A stretch of 64,000 bases of DNA from Syntrophomonadaceae bacterium (GTDB lineage Bacteria; Bacillota; Syntrophomonadia; Syntrophomonadales; Syntrophothermaceae). The stretch lies in assembly GCA_012799365.1 (NCBI GenBank), contig JAAZLJ010000087.1, positions 393-64,392 of the forward strand. The letters run 5' to 3'. Of this stretch, positions 7,296 to 16,133 are shown one piece after another. The notes beneath the pieces were generated by a model that saw nothing but the letters and a program-made list of their open reading frames with translations, was not told where the DNA came from and did no database searches. Position 1 is the stretch's first letter; every line of letters begins with the position of its first letter. The position numbers and the translations under genes are program-made.

Positions 7296-9944
7296 ATGCA
7301 AATCATAACATCCCATAATTCCCTTGATTTTGACGGCCTGGCGGCGATGGTAGCCGCCGGTAAGCTGTATCCTTCTGCGACCAAGGTTTTTTGTGGTACC
7401 CTATCGACCAACGTAAGGCAGTTCATGAGCCTGTACAAAGACCATGTATTGACAAAATTCCCCAAACAGATTAACCTGCAAGAAGTCGATCACATGGTGG
7501 TGGTCGATACCCGCAGTCCCCAACGTCTGGGAAGCCTGAAGGAGTTATGTCAGCGTTCAGGTGTGGATTTACACATTTATGATCATCATCCTGATGCATC
7601 GGGTGACCTGGTAGGGTCGGTGAATGAGGTGCACGAGGTAGGGGCGGTTACTACTGTATTGGTGGAGAAGATAATAGAAAATGATATACCGATCAGTCCT
7701 TTTGAGGCTACTATTTTCGCTCTGGGTATCTATGAAGACACCGGGAGCCTGCTTTTTTCTTCTACCACTTCCCGGGATGCAGCGGTGGTAGCTTTTTTAC
7801 TGGGACGGGGAGCCAATCTTTTAGTAGTAGCTAACTTTATCGAGGAGCCTTTCTCCGAAGGCCAGCGTCTTATTCTTCAAGATCTGCTGCAGACCTCCCA
7901 GTACCATAGGATTAACAGTCTGGATATCGTAATAGCGACTTCTTATGTCGAAAAGTTTGTCCCCGGGCTGGATTTAGTTACCCATCGTTTAACGGAGATC
8001 GAACCAGCCGATGCTGTGTTTGTAACGGTCATGATGGAAGGCAAGGTTAATATAGTGGCTCGCAGTCGCAGTACCAGTATACCGGTAAACGACATTCTAG
8101 CACCGTTGGGAGGTAGAGGACATGCCCGGGCCGCGTCGGCAGTGGTAAGGGATCGGAGTCTGGAGGAAGTAACAGCGACCATCGTCGCCAACCTGGAACA
8201 AATCGATGGCCCCATCCTGACGGCTGAGAAGATCATGTCCAGTCCGGTGAAAACTCTTTCGATTGATACCAGCATCGGGGAAGCCGGGCGTATCATGTTA
8301 CGTTACGGACATACTGGAATGCCAGTGGTCGATGGTGATAAAATCGTGGGTATTATTTCCCGGCGGGATGTAGATAAGGCTCATATACATAACCTGGCCC
8401 ATGCGCCGGTCAAGGGGTTCATATCTCGTAACGTTATTTTCGTTACGCCTGATACTCCGGTAAGTGAGTTACAGAGGTTGATGGTAGAAAAGGATGTTGG
8501 CCGTCTACCAGTTATTAGTAACGGTAGTTTGGTGGGTATCGTTTCTCGTACCGATATTTTACGTACCTTGCATGGAGATGGTACCCAGCCGGGAATCCAT
8601 GAGGTGCTGTACGAGAGCGATGGGGGCGCCTGGTATGATAACTGTTACGAGCTTTTAATCCGCAGGCTCCCGGTGCGTATTGTATCTATCCTGGAGATGG
8701 CCGGTAAGATCGCTGCTGACATGGGCTATACTGTATATATGGTGGGTGGAGTGGTACGAGATATCTTCTTACAGGTACCCAATTTTGATGTGGACCTGGT
8801 GGTGGAAGGAGATGGTCCAGCGCTGGCTCACAATCTGGCTCGGGCATTAGGGGGAAGGGCCAGGGTTCATGACCGTTTCAAGACTGCGGTGGTGGTTTTG
8901 CCCGAAGGTTTTAAGCTGGATATAGCTACTGCGCGTACCGAGTATTACGAATTTCCGGCGGCTCTGCCGCGGGTGGAGAAATCTTCCATACGAGAGGACT
9001 TATACCGGCGCGATTTTACCATTAATACCATGGCGATTTGTTTGAATCCTGATCGTTTTGGGGAGCTGATCGATTATTTTGGTGGTCGTAAGGATCTGCA
9101 GGCCGGGTTGATAAGGGTGCTTTATAATCTTAGTTTTATCGAGGACCCTACTCGTATATTGCGGGCTATTCGTTTTGAACAGCGGTACCGGTTCCAGATT
9201 GAACCAGAGACCTTGCGGTTTGCGCGGGAGGCGATTGCTCGCAGGCTCTTGGGCAGATTATCATATAATCGCATACAACAGGAACTGGGGTTGATATTAG
9301 AAGAAAAAGACCCGGTACCGGCATTGCGGCGCATGGATGAAATCGGGGTATGGCATTACGTACTCCCCGAGGTTAAACTGGATAATGAGGTCTGGATCAT
9401 GCTGCGCCGCATCCCCCATATTTTGGGATGGTTGGCAGAGCGATGGCTGGAACCCAGCCCTCGCTCTGCCGTGGTTTACATCCTGGCTATCCTATCTCCT
9501 CTAACCGAGGAACAGATAGAGCAGGTTTTGAACCGGTATCAGTTTGATCGGGAGGTTGCTCGTACCATCAGAATGGCCCGGGAGGTGCCGTACCTGGCGG
9601 AAGAGATTGAGGCCAACCCTGGTCTGGCCATGAGCGAACTGGACCACAAGGTAAGGAGACTTTCTATTGAAAATATTGTCTACCTGCTGCTGTGTTTTAC
9701 CAGTACCGAACCCTGGGAAAAGGTGGTTCAGTACCTGGAGCTGCGAGAGGATGTCAGGATACAGGTAAGCGGCTACGATTTAAAGAGATTGGGGATAAAA
9801 CAGGGGCCGGTGTACCAGCAAATACTGGATGAGTTATATGGTGCTTGCCTGGACGGGCTGGTTAACGACTATGAAGACGAGCTTAACCTGGTTCGAACCT
9901 GGATAGCGGAAGGGAGATTTGGTCTTGGCAAATCAGGTGTATGA
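7296..9944 (+). CDS. DHH/DHHA1-CBS pair-polyA polymerase/tRNA nucleotidyltransferase (CCA-adding family) fusion protein
   Basis: N-terminal LDFDGLAAM and YDHHPD (DHH). Two CBS-like segments. GGVVRD...DVDLVVEGD nucleotidyltransferase motif plus RDFTIN. Confidence 0.8.
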   Translation: MQIITSHNSLDFDGLAAMVAAGKLYPSATKVFCGTLSTNVRQFMSLYKDHVLTKFPKQINLQEVDHMVVVDTRSPQRLGSLKELCQRSGVDLHIYDHHPDASGDLVGSVNEVHEVGAVTTVLVEKIIENDIPISPFEATIFALGIYEDTGSLLFSSTTSRDAAVVAFLLGRGANLLVVANFIEEPFSEGQRLILQDLLQTSQYHRINSLDIVIATSYVEKFVPGLDLVTHRLTEIEPADAVFVTVMMEGKVNIVARSRSTSIPVNDILAPLGGRGHARAASAVVRDRSLEEVTATIVANLEQIDGPILTAEKIMSSPVKTLSIDTSIGEAGRIMLRYGHTGMPVVDGDKIVGIISRRDVDKAHIHNLAHAPVKGFISRNVIFVTPDTPVSELQRLMVEKDVGRLPVISNGSLVGIVSRTDILRTLHGDGTQPGIHEVLYESDGGAWYDNCYELLIRRLPVRIVSILEMAGKIAADMGYTVYMVGGVVRDIFLQVPNFDVDLVVEGDGPALAHNLARALGGRARVHDRFKTAVVVLPEGFKLDIATARTEYYEFPAALPRVEKSSIREDLYRRDFTINTMAICLNPDRFGELIDYFGGRKDLQAGLIRVLYNLSFIEDPTRILRAIRFEQRYRFQIEPETLRFAREAIARRLLGRLSYNRIQQELGLILEEKDPVPALRRMDEIGVWHYVLPEVKLDNEVWIMLRRIPHILGWLAERWLEPSPRSAVVYILAILSPLTEEQIEQVLNRYQFDREVARTIRMAREVPYLAEEIEANPGLAMSELDHKVRRLSIENIVYLLLCFTSTEPWEKVVQYLELREDVRIQVSGYDLKRLGIKQGPVYQQILDELYGACLDGLVNDYEDELNLVRTWIAEGRFGLGKSGV

Positions 9945-10545
9945 GCTGCTGATCTGGCTGCCGGCTATATTGATAGCGCTAACCTTTCACGAATATGCTC
10001 ATGCCCGGGTGGCAGATGTACTGGGAGATGATACTCCTTATTACCAGGGGAGGTTGACCCTTAACCCCCTGCCCCACATTGACTGGATAGGGTTTTTGCT
10101 GCTGGTACTGGTCCATTTCGGCTGGGCCAAGCCGGTGCAGGTGAATCCCTTGAATTTTAGAGGAGTAAATATGCGAACCGGCATGATGCTGGTATCCCTG
10201 GCCGGTCCGCTGATGAATATTTTATTGGCAATTATCGGGCTTTTGCTCCTGAAATACCTGCCTCTGGTTATGACCGGAGAAAATTTGTATATGTTGGCCC
10301 GGCTGTTGGAGCCGCTGGTGTGGATAAATGTTATATTAGCCGCTTTCAATTTGATACCTGTACCGCCTTTGGACGGTTCTAAGATCCTGGCCGGGCTGCT
10401 GCCTCCACGTGGGGCGGAATTTTTTGATCGCCTGGAGCCTTATGGCACCATTATTCTTCTACTATTAATTGTGACCGGTACGGTGGGAACCGTGCTGTAT
10501 CCGTTTATTTACGCGATTATGGGTGTTTTACGCCTGGTTGTATGA
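9919..10545 (+). CDS. Site-2 protease family (peptidase M50) membrane protein
   Basis: HEYAH zinc motif and NLIPVPPLDGSKIL. TTG at 9919 or 9925 after GGAAGGGAG. Overlaps the end of the upstream gene. Confidence 0.8.
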   Translation: MVLANQVYELLIWLPAILIALTFHEYAHARVADVLGDDTPYYQGRLTLNPLPHIDWIGFLLLVLVHFGWAKPVQVNPLNFRGVNMRTGMMLVSLAGPLMNILLAIIGLLLLKYLPLVMTGENLYMLARLLEPLVWINVILAAFNLIPVPPLDGSKILAGLLPPRGAEFFDRLEPYGTIILLLLIVTGTVGTVLYPFIYAIMGVLRLVV

Positions 10546-10615
10546 GGAAATTGGGATAGCGGGACATGAACATTAATTAAAACATGGTAATAAAATTCTG
10601 AGGAGATGAGGTAAC

Positions 10616-11602
10616 GTGAAGGGTACGGTAATGAGCGGCATGAGGCCGACGGGAAAACTGCATATCGGGCATTTGAGTGTCCTGGAGAACTGGGTCAGGC
10701 TGCAGGAAGACCACCGGTGTTTTTTTATCATCGTCAACTGGCATGCCCTGACTACCGCTTTTGATGAGACTGAAATCATAGTTGAAAATATACAGGATAT
10801 GGCACTGGACTGGCTCAGTGCTGGCCTGGATCCAGCCAAGAGTACCATCTGTGTTCAGTCGCAAGTTAAAGAACATGCTGAACTGCACCTGCTGCTGTCC
10901 ATGATCACGCCGCTGCCGTGGCTGGAGAGGTGTCCGACCTACAAGGAGCAGGTTCAGGAACTGGGTAAAGCGGGTAAGGATATTTCTACCTATGGTTTTC
11001 TGGGTTACCCTATGCTCATGGCGGCGGATATCCTGGTCTACAAGGCGGATACCATACCAGTAGGCCGTGATCAGCTGCCCCACCTGGAGTTTGCCCGGGA
11101 GGTGGCTCGCCGATTTAATTATCTATATGATAAGAACGTGTTTCCCGAGCCCCAGGCGCTGCTTTCTAACGTTCCCGTGGTTCCCGGTATCGATGGGCGT
11201 AAGATGAGCAAAAGCTATAATAACTATATATCCCTGTCCGAGTCTACCGAGGAGCTTAAAAAGAAGACCAAAATGATGATTACGGATCCGGCTCGCATCA
11301 GGAAGGATGATCTCGGGCATCCCGAGGTCTGTACAGTGTTCGTCTATCAGGGATTGTTTAACCCGGAGGAAGTTGATGAGATCGAACAGAAATGCCGCCA
11401 GGGTGCTATCGGGTGTGTAGCCTGCAAAGCCCGGTTGGCCGAGTGCCTGGATGACGTTTTGGGGCCCATTCGGGAGAAAAGGGAGGAACTGGCCCGCCGA
11501 CCGGATGATATTCGAGATATGTTGGAAGATGGCGCCCGGAAGGCCCGTGCGGCAGCCTCTGCTATTATGGAGGAAGTGCGGGAGGTTATGAATCTCTGCT
11601 AG
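10616..11602 (+). CDS. trpS: Tryptophan--tRNA ligase
   Basis: GKLHIGH (HIGH) and KMSKS motifs; GTG start after GAGGAG. Confidence 0.92.
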   Translation: MKGTVMSGMRPTGKLHIGHLSVLENWVRLQEDHRCFFIIVNWHALTTAFDETEIIVENIQDMALDWLSAGLDPAKSTICVQSQVKEHAELHLLLSMITPLPWLERCPTYKEQVQELGKAGKDISTYGFLGYPMLMAADILVYKADTIPVGRDQLPHLEFAREVARRFNYLYDKNVFPEPQALLSNVPVVPGIDGRKMSKSYNNYISLSESTEELKKKTKMMITDPARIRKDDLGHPEVCTVFVYQGLFNPEEVDEIEQKCRQGAIGCVACKARLAECLDDVLGPIREKREELARRPDDIRDMLEDGARKARAAASAIMEEVREVMNLC

Positions 11603-11606
11603 AAAA

Positions 11607-11950
11607 ATTGAAACCGCAGATGAATGCTGATGGACGCAGATAACTCTGATAATTATGAATAATTAGACGCAGATTAACGCTGATTATTATGATTTACGCG
11701 GATTTCTTTTAAATTATTTTTGACGCTGAGAACGCAGATGGGCGTAGATTTAATAAAAAATAAAAATATACACTGAAAGATGTGGAAATATCAATCCGGA
11801 GAGTATTAACCGAGTCGAGCGACTTACGAAGCCAACGATGTTTTGGCGAGTGCCGGCGGAATCGAAGGCGGAGCCTGAGCGCTGGTCGCAGGCGACGTCG
11901 CAGTACACACGCAGCTCCCGGGCTCGCGAAGCGGAGCGAGGAACAGAGGG
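11607..11950 (+). repeat. Mosaic intergenic repeat: module A (phased GAT array) plus module D (reverse orientation)
   Basis: TTGAAACCGCAGAT at 11608. GAT recurs every 9-10 bp from 11619 to 11701. 11795-11900 is the reverse complement of the 724-813 / 55905-56000 module. Confidence 0.9.
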
Positions 11951-11962
11951 ACTACCAAGATT

Positions 11963-12706
11963 ATGGATTACCAGGTTAGATTGGAGGCCTTTGAAGGGCC
12001 TCTGGATCTACTGCTGCACTTGATTGAAAAGAATAAGGTGGATATCTACGATATTCCGATCGCGGTTATCACTGACCAATACCTGGCATTTATCGCTGAT
12101 TCGGTTGAGGCTGATCTGGAAAACCTGGCTGATTTTTTACTGATGGCGGCCACCCTGGTCAGCATAAAATCAAGGATGCTTTTACCGCGCCGTAAAGTTG
12201 TCGACGAGGATGAAGAAGCGGAAGAGGATCCGCGGGAGCAGTTGGTACAGCGTTTGGCCCTTTATCGCCAATACAAGGAACTGGCCTCTCATCTGGCGGC
12301 TCGGGAAGAGGGAGAAGAGCCCCGGGTTTACTACCGGGAGATACCGGCCGATGAACAGGAGGAAGTAGTTCCGGTCGAGGTAAAGCTGGAGGTTTCTATC
12401 TCTGAGCTGGTTAAGGCATTTCAGGCACTCTGGCAGGAGAAAACGGATGAATTTAGTTACCCACTGCCGCAGGGAGATGTGGATGTGGGTGAGAAGATAG
12501 CGGAGCTTTTACAGCGCCTGCCCGTTCTTCCTGATGCCATGGTGTTTCAGGATTTGTTCTGGGATGTACATTCCCGGCGGGAAGCCCTGGCTCTTTTTCT
12601 GGCTTTGCTGGAACTGGTCAGGCAGCGGCGGGTACGAGCGGTACAGGAGGAACAATTCGGCTGCATAGTAGTAGGGCTGCAGCCAGAGGATGACAGTCCT
12701 GCGTAA
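11963..12706 (+). CDS. scpA: Segregation and condensation protein A
   Basis: N-terminus YQVRLEAFEGPLDLLLHLIEKNKVDIYDIPI; followed by scpB. Confidence 0.9.
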   Translation: MDYQVRLEAFEGPLDLLLHLIEKNKVDIYDIPIAVITDQYLAFIADSVEADLENLADFLLMAATLVSIKSRMLLPRRKVVDEDEEAEEDPREQLVQRLALYRQYKELASHLAAREEGEEPRVYYREIPADEQEEVVPVEVKLEVSISELVKAFQALWQEKTDEFSYPLPQGDVDVGEKIAELLQRLPVLPDAMVFQDLFWDVHSRREALALFLALLELVRQRRVRAVQEEQFGCIVVGLQPEDDSPA

Positions 12707-12808
12707 TGAGCCTGGCAGCAGGTTGATAATCATGGGCGGCCATCTTCGTGTATCTGCGGCTGCATGGTTATTGTCATTTTTTGCGTAGATGATGCGAGGT
12801 GTTATCGG

Positions 12809-13324
12809 GTGTTGTTGAGGCAGGAACTTAAAGCGGCCATAGAGGCGGTACTCTTTACCCGAGCGGAACCCATAGATATAGAGGAGCTCTCTCGAGCCCT
12901 GGGAGTTTCAGTGCAGGATACCAGGGAGATACTGCAAGAACTAATTTCGGAGTATAATAGAAGTGAACACGGAATACAGGTAGTAGAGTCGGATGCCGGG
13001 TACACGATGTGTACCAAGCCCGAATATTTCCGTTACGTTAATAATACTAACCGGTCTGTAACCAGAAGGCTTTCACAGGCCGCCCTGGAGACCCTGGCTA
13101 TTGTTGCGTATCAGCAGCCCGTTACCCGGCCGGAGATCGAGGCCATTCGCGGTGTGCGGGTCGAAGGGGTGCTGAATATGTTGGTAGACCGGGGTTTGGT
13201 GGCAGAAGCCGGGAGGAAAGATGTCCCTGGAAGGCCGCTGTTATACGTCACTACTGCCGAATTTTTAAGGATATTCGGAATTACCAGCCTGGATGACCTA
13301 CCGCGGAAAGACGAGGAGGCATGA
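12809..13324 (+). CDS. scpB: Segregation and condensation protein B
   Basis: LKAAIEAVLFTRAEPI...; QPVTRPEIEAIRGV. Likely GTG start at 12809 after GCGAGGTG (track ORF begins at 12764). Confidence 0.88.
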   Translation: MLLRQELKAAIEAVLFTRAEPIDIEELSRALGVSVQDTREILQELISEYNRSEHGIQVVESDAGYTMCTKPEYFRYVNNTNRSVTRRLSQAALETLAIVAYQQPVTRPEIEAIRGVRVEGVLNMLVDRGLVAEAGRKDVPGRPLLYVTTAEFLRIFGITSLDDLPRKDEEA

Positions 13325-13330
13325 GTAGTC

Positions 13331-13903
13331 GTGGCCGAGGAGAAGTCCCTGGAAGAACAAATTAAGCTCAAGGCTCAGGAAGTTCGTAAAACCGCCAGGT
13401 ACATGGCCGGTATAGATGATCTGGTAGAGGAGCGTATACGTAAGGCGCGGGAACAAGGGGCGTTTGATAACCTCGAGGGGGCTGGAAAGCCTCTGCATCT
13501 CTATGAGAATCCTTTTGAACCGTCAGACATGCGCCTGGCCTTTAAGATGTTAAAAGATGCTGGGTATGCGCCCTACTGGGTAGAATTAGGCAAAGATGTA
13601 GATGCCGAGTTGGCGGCTTTTTGGGAGGATGTAGATAAATTCAAGAACTACATCCGGGTGGTGTTGGATGGACGGATGAGCAAAATGGCGCGGCGTCGTT
13701 TTGTACAGAAAAAGAACAGTTTTTACGAGGATATGCGGCTCAGGCTGACCAAGCTCAACCAGAAGATCGATAACTACAATATACATAACCCCATGTTCTG
13801 GTTGGGGAGAGAGAAATTGGACGAGGAAAAGGAATACGCCAGGATGGTGCAGGAGGTCGAAGAGATTATCGTTGAGGCGGCCAGGAAGGCAGGGTTACGG
13901 TAA
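13331..13903 (+). CDS. DnaJC28-like DUF1992 domain protein
   Basis: IDDLVEERIRKAREQGAFDNLEGAGKPL signature; GTG start. Confidence 0.7.
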   Translation: MAEEKSLEEQIKLKAQEVRKTARYMAGIDDLVEERIRKAREQGAFDNLEGAGKPLHLYENPFEPSDMRLAFKMLKDAGYAPYWVELGKDVDAELAAFWEDVDKFKNYIRVVLDGRMSKMARRRFVQKKNSFYEDMRLRLTKLNQKIDNYNIHNPMFWLGREKLDEEKEYARMVQEVEEIIVEAARKAGLR

Positions 13904-13920
13904 AGTCATTCTGCTGTGAA

Positions 13921-14150
13921 GATTGAAACCGCAGATACACTCTGATGTACTGCAGTCGACGAGTCCGGGAGCGAGCGGGTTAACCACATTCCGTAAATAT
14001 GTAGTTTTCATGTCCCTGATGGTGATACCTCCGGTATCATGGAGGTCTGCTATGAATTTGAAACCGCAGATTAACGCAGATAATACTAAAAATATACATT
14101 AAAGATGCGGCAATCTGCAAGGAGAGTCTTAACCGAGTCAGGGAGAAAGT
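13921..14150 (+). repeat. Mosaic intergenic repeat (A-B-C-A modules) in the 3' region of the DUF1992 gene
   Basis: TTGAAACCGCAGAT at 13923-13936 and 14058-14071 flanks the B+C modules. Hairpin TGATACC-TCC-GGTATCA at 14023-14039. Confidence 0.9.
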
Positions 14151-14171
14151 TGATATCAATAAGTAATTTCT

Positions 14172-14198
14172 GGCGGGGCAGGAGAGGCCCGCCTTTTT
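14172..14198 (+). terminator. Rho-independent terminator
   Basis: GGCGGG-10 nt loop-CCCGCC followed by TTTTT. Confidence 0.65.
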
Positions 14199-14258
14199 GC
14201 TGGGTATAAGCAGGGGGGTGGTCGGGGCAAAATAGGAAAAAACGGGAGCGATTGGTTA

Positions 14259-14930
14259 GTGCTGGCAGCTTATATAGCCATCGGGGGCATACTGGTTATG
14301 GTCTTTCTGCTATTAAATATTGAAGTAGTGGCCAAATACCAGGAAGACGGAGATAAAAATGGCCTTTTTCTGGAGGTTTTCTATCTTAATCGATGGTTTA
14401 AAAAAGAATACAGTTATACCCATACCGGTTTTCGACTGCGGCGTTTCCTGCCTTTTATAGGGGTTAAAAAGGAAGTCGAAGAAGGCTCGGGTGATGACAT
14501 TTATGAGCGGGGTCTGCTCATCGGGCTGCGGGAGGCTGGAGAATACCTGGATAAAGTACTGGATATTAAACGCAAGCTGGATGAAATACCGCTTCTTAAA
14601 AAATTCTATTTTCGCACATTAAAGGTTAAGGAACTCAGGTGGGAGACGTGTATCGGCAGCGTGGATGCCATGCAGACCGGGCTTCTAGCCGGGGGAGCCT
14701 GGAGCATCAAAGGGGTTCTTATGGCCTATATCAGCAATAAAATACCGGTGAGAGAGGTGTTCTTGAATGTTGTGCCCCAATTCAATCGTGAGGGTTTTAC
14801 GACTTCATTTTATTGCATATTCCAGCTAAAAGTAGTCCATATTATTATTACGAGCTTGATTATAAGATTGGCAAGGAGGAGTAAACATGCCGACCAGCGA
14901 TACACAGCCGCCGCAAAACCATCCCATTGA
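14259..14930 (+). CDS. ytfI: DUF2953-like sporulation membrane protein (YtfI-like)
   Basis: N-terminal TM segment. Sits immediately upstream of and overlapping the YtfJ/GerW homolog, as in Bacillus ytfI-ytfJ. Confidence 0.6.
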   Translation: MLAAYIAIGGILVMVFLLLNIEVVAKYQEDGDKNGLFLEVFYLNRWFKKEYSYTHTGFRLRRFLPFIGVKKEVEEGSGDDIYERGLLIGLREAGEYLDKVLDIKRKLDEIPLLKKFYFRTLKVKELRWETCIGSVDAMQTGLLAGGAWSIKGVLMAYISNKIPVREVFLNVVPQFNREGFTTSFYCIFQLKVVHIIITSLIIRLARRSKHADQRYTAAAKPSH

Positions 14931-15312
14931 AGGGTTAATGACTACGGCTATGGAGAATCTTAAACAGATGGTGGACGTAAATACCGTGGTAGGCGACGCA
15001 GTAGAAGCCAACGATGGCACGGTGATAATTCCTCTCTCTCAGGTGGCTTTCGGGTTTGCCGCCGGAGGCGGCGAATATGAGGTGACCGGTGGGGGAAGCG
15101 AGGGGAAATTACCTTTCGGAGGCGGCAGCGGGGGCGGGGTATCTTTGAAGCCTATCGGGTTTCTGGTGGTTCGGCCGAACAATGATATCAGATTGCTCGC
15201 AGTTAAAGGTAACCAGTTGGCTGAGAGGGTTGTGGATTTAGCTCCGCAGCTGCTGGACAAAATCGAGGCGATGCTGAACCGGCCCAACTTCAACCCTAAT
15301 AATGTGGTATAA
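14887..15312 (+). CDS. ytfJ: GerW/YtfJ family sporulation protein
   Basis: ENLKQMVDVNTVVGD...IIPLSQVAFGFAAGGGEY and a Gly-rich loop; RBS GGAGGAG. Confidence 0.85.
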   Translation: MPTSDTQPPQNHPIEGLMTTAMENLKQMVDVNTVVGDAVEANDGTVIIPLSQVAFGFAAGGGEYEVTGGGSEGKLPFGGGSGGGVSLKPIGFLVVRPNNDIRLLAVKGNQLAERVVDLAPQLLDKIEAMLNRPNFNPNNVV

Positions 15313-15436
15313 AAACAATTTCAATTTTATGTTTATGGTCAGCGTGTTGAAAACTAAAGTGCCGAACAGGCTTTGGAATGCCGCCGGCAGCCATAACCTG
15401 GGTTATCAAATTGAGCGATGATCCGTTCGTTTCCGT

Positions 15437-15462
15437 AAGGGTGCATTGAGCACCCTTTTTTT
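15437..15462 (+). terminator. Rho-independent terminator
   Basis: AAGGGTGC-ATTGA-GCACCCTT followed by a T-run. Confidence 0.75.
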
Positions 15463-15530
15463 GTGGCTGGTTCTTATTCCTCACCTTTATTCATAAAACT
15501 TATAAGGGAAAAGCCCGGGGGTGAGGAGAA

Positions 15531-16133
15531 TTGCTAAATGTAATCTGGTTGGTTTTATTGGCTTCAGGAATTATAATTGCGGCCATTAATGGACAGGTAG
15601 AGGTGGCTACCCAGGCGGCCCTGGGGGCGGCTCGGGGAGCGGTGGAGGTCTGTTTTGACCTTATTGGAATAATGGCCTTGTGGTTGGGGATTATGAGAAT
15701 AGGGGAGAGAGCCGGGCTGGTCGAAGCTCTGGCTCGAGCTTTACGGCCGGTGATGAGCAAGTTGTTTCCGTCGGTACCTGCTGAACATCCGGCTATGGGA
15801 GCCATCATTCTTAACCTGTCGGCCAATGTATTGGGGCTGGGAAATGCGGCCACCCCTTTCGGGCTTAGAGCCATGCAGGAACTGCAGAAACTAAATCACA
15901 AGTCGGAGGAAGCCTCCGTGGCTATGTGTACCTTTCTGGCCTTGAACACTTCCTGTATTACCTTGATCCCCGCCACCATTATTGGGGTCAGGGCTTCTTT
16001 TAATTCCGCTGATCCCACTGAAATAGTAGGACCTACCATCTTTGCTACGGCCTGTGCCATGACCCTGGGTGTTACCGTGGACTACCTGTTCCGTACCCGG
16101 AGCCGCTGGGGGAGGGATGACCGTGCTGATTGA
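15531..16133 (+). CDS. spmA: Spore maturation protein A (nucleoside recognition domain)
   Basis: MLNVIWLVLLASGIIIAAINGQ...; paired with spmB; TTG start after GGTGAGGAG. Confidence 0.85.
   Translation: MLNVIWLVLLASGIIIAAINGQVEVATQAALGAARGAVEVCFDLIGIMALWLGIMRIGERAGLVEALARALRPVMSKLFPSVPAEHPAMGAIILNLSANVLGLGNAATPFGLRAMQELQKLNHKSEEASVAMCTFLALNTSCITLIPATIIGVRASFNSADPTEIVGPTIFATACAMTLGVTVDYLFRTRSRWGRDDRAD

Noticed and set aside
11607-11760. Possible CRISPR array
   Set aside because: The units are 9-10 bp phased motifs, not 25-40-bp repeats separated by unique spacers. No cas genes are present, and the copies are dispersed in many short spacers.
11782-12023. 65-aa and 61-aa ORFs encoding Arg-rich peptides similar to those at 551-829
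   Set aside because: The similarity exists only because both lie on copies of repeat module D. No comparable ORF of at least 60 aa is open across the other two copies (21175-21252 and 55925-56000). A conserved coding function is therefore unlikely.
13944-13960. Adjacent PstI and SalI sites (CTGCAGTCGAC) suggesting polylinker or vector contamination
   Set aside because: The motif is part of repeat module B. It occurs in several diverged copies (3037, 13949, 19398 and 35437 reverse) embedded in native sequence, so it is not vector-derived.
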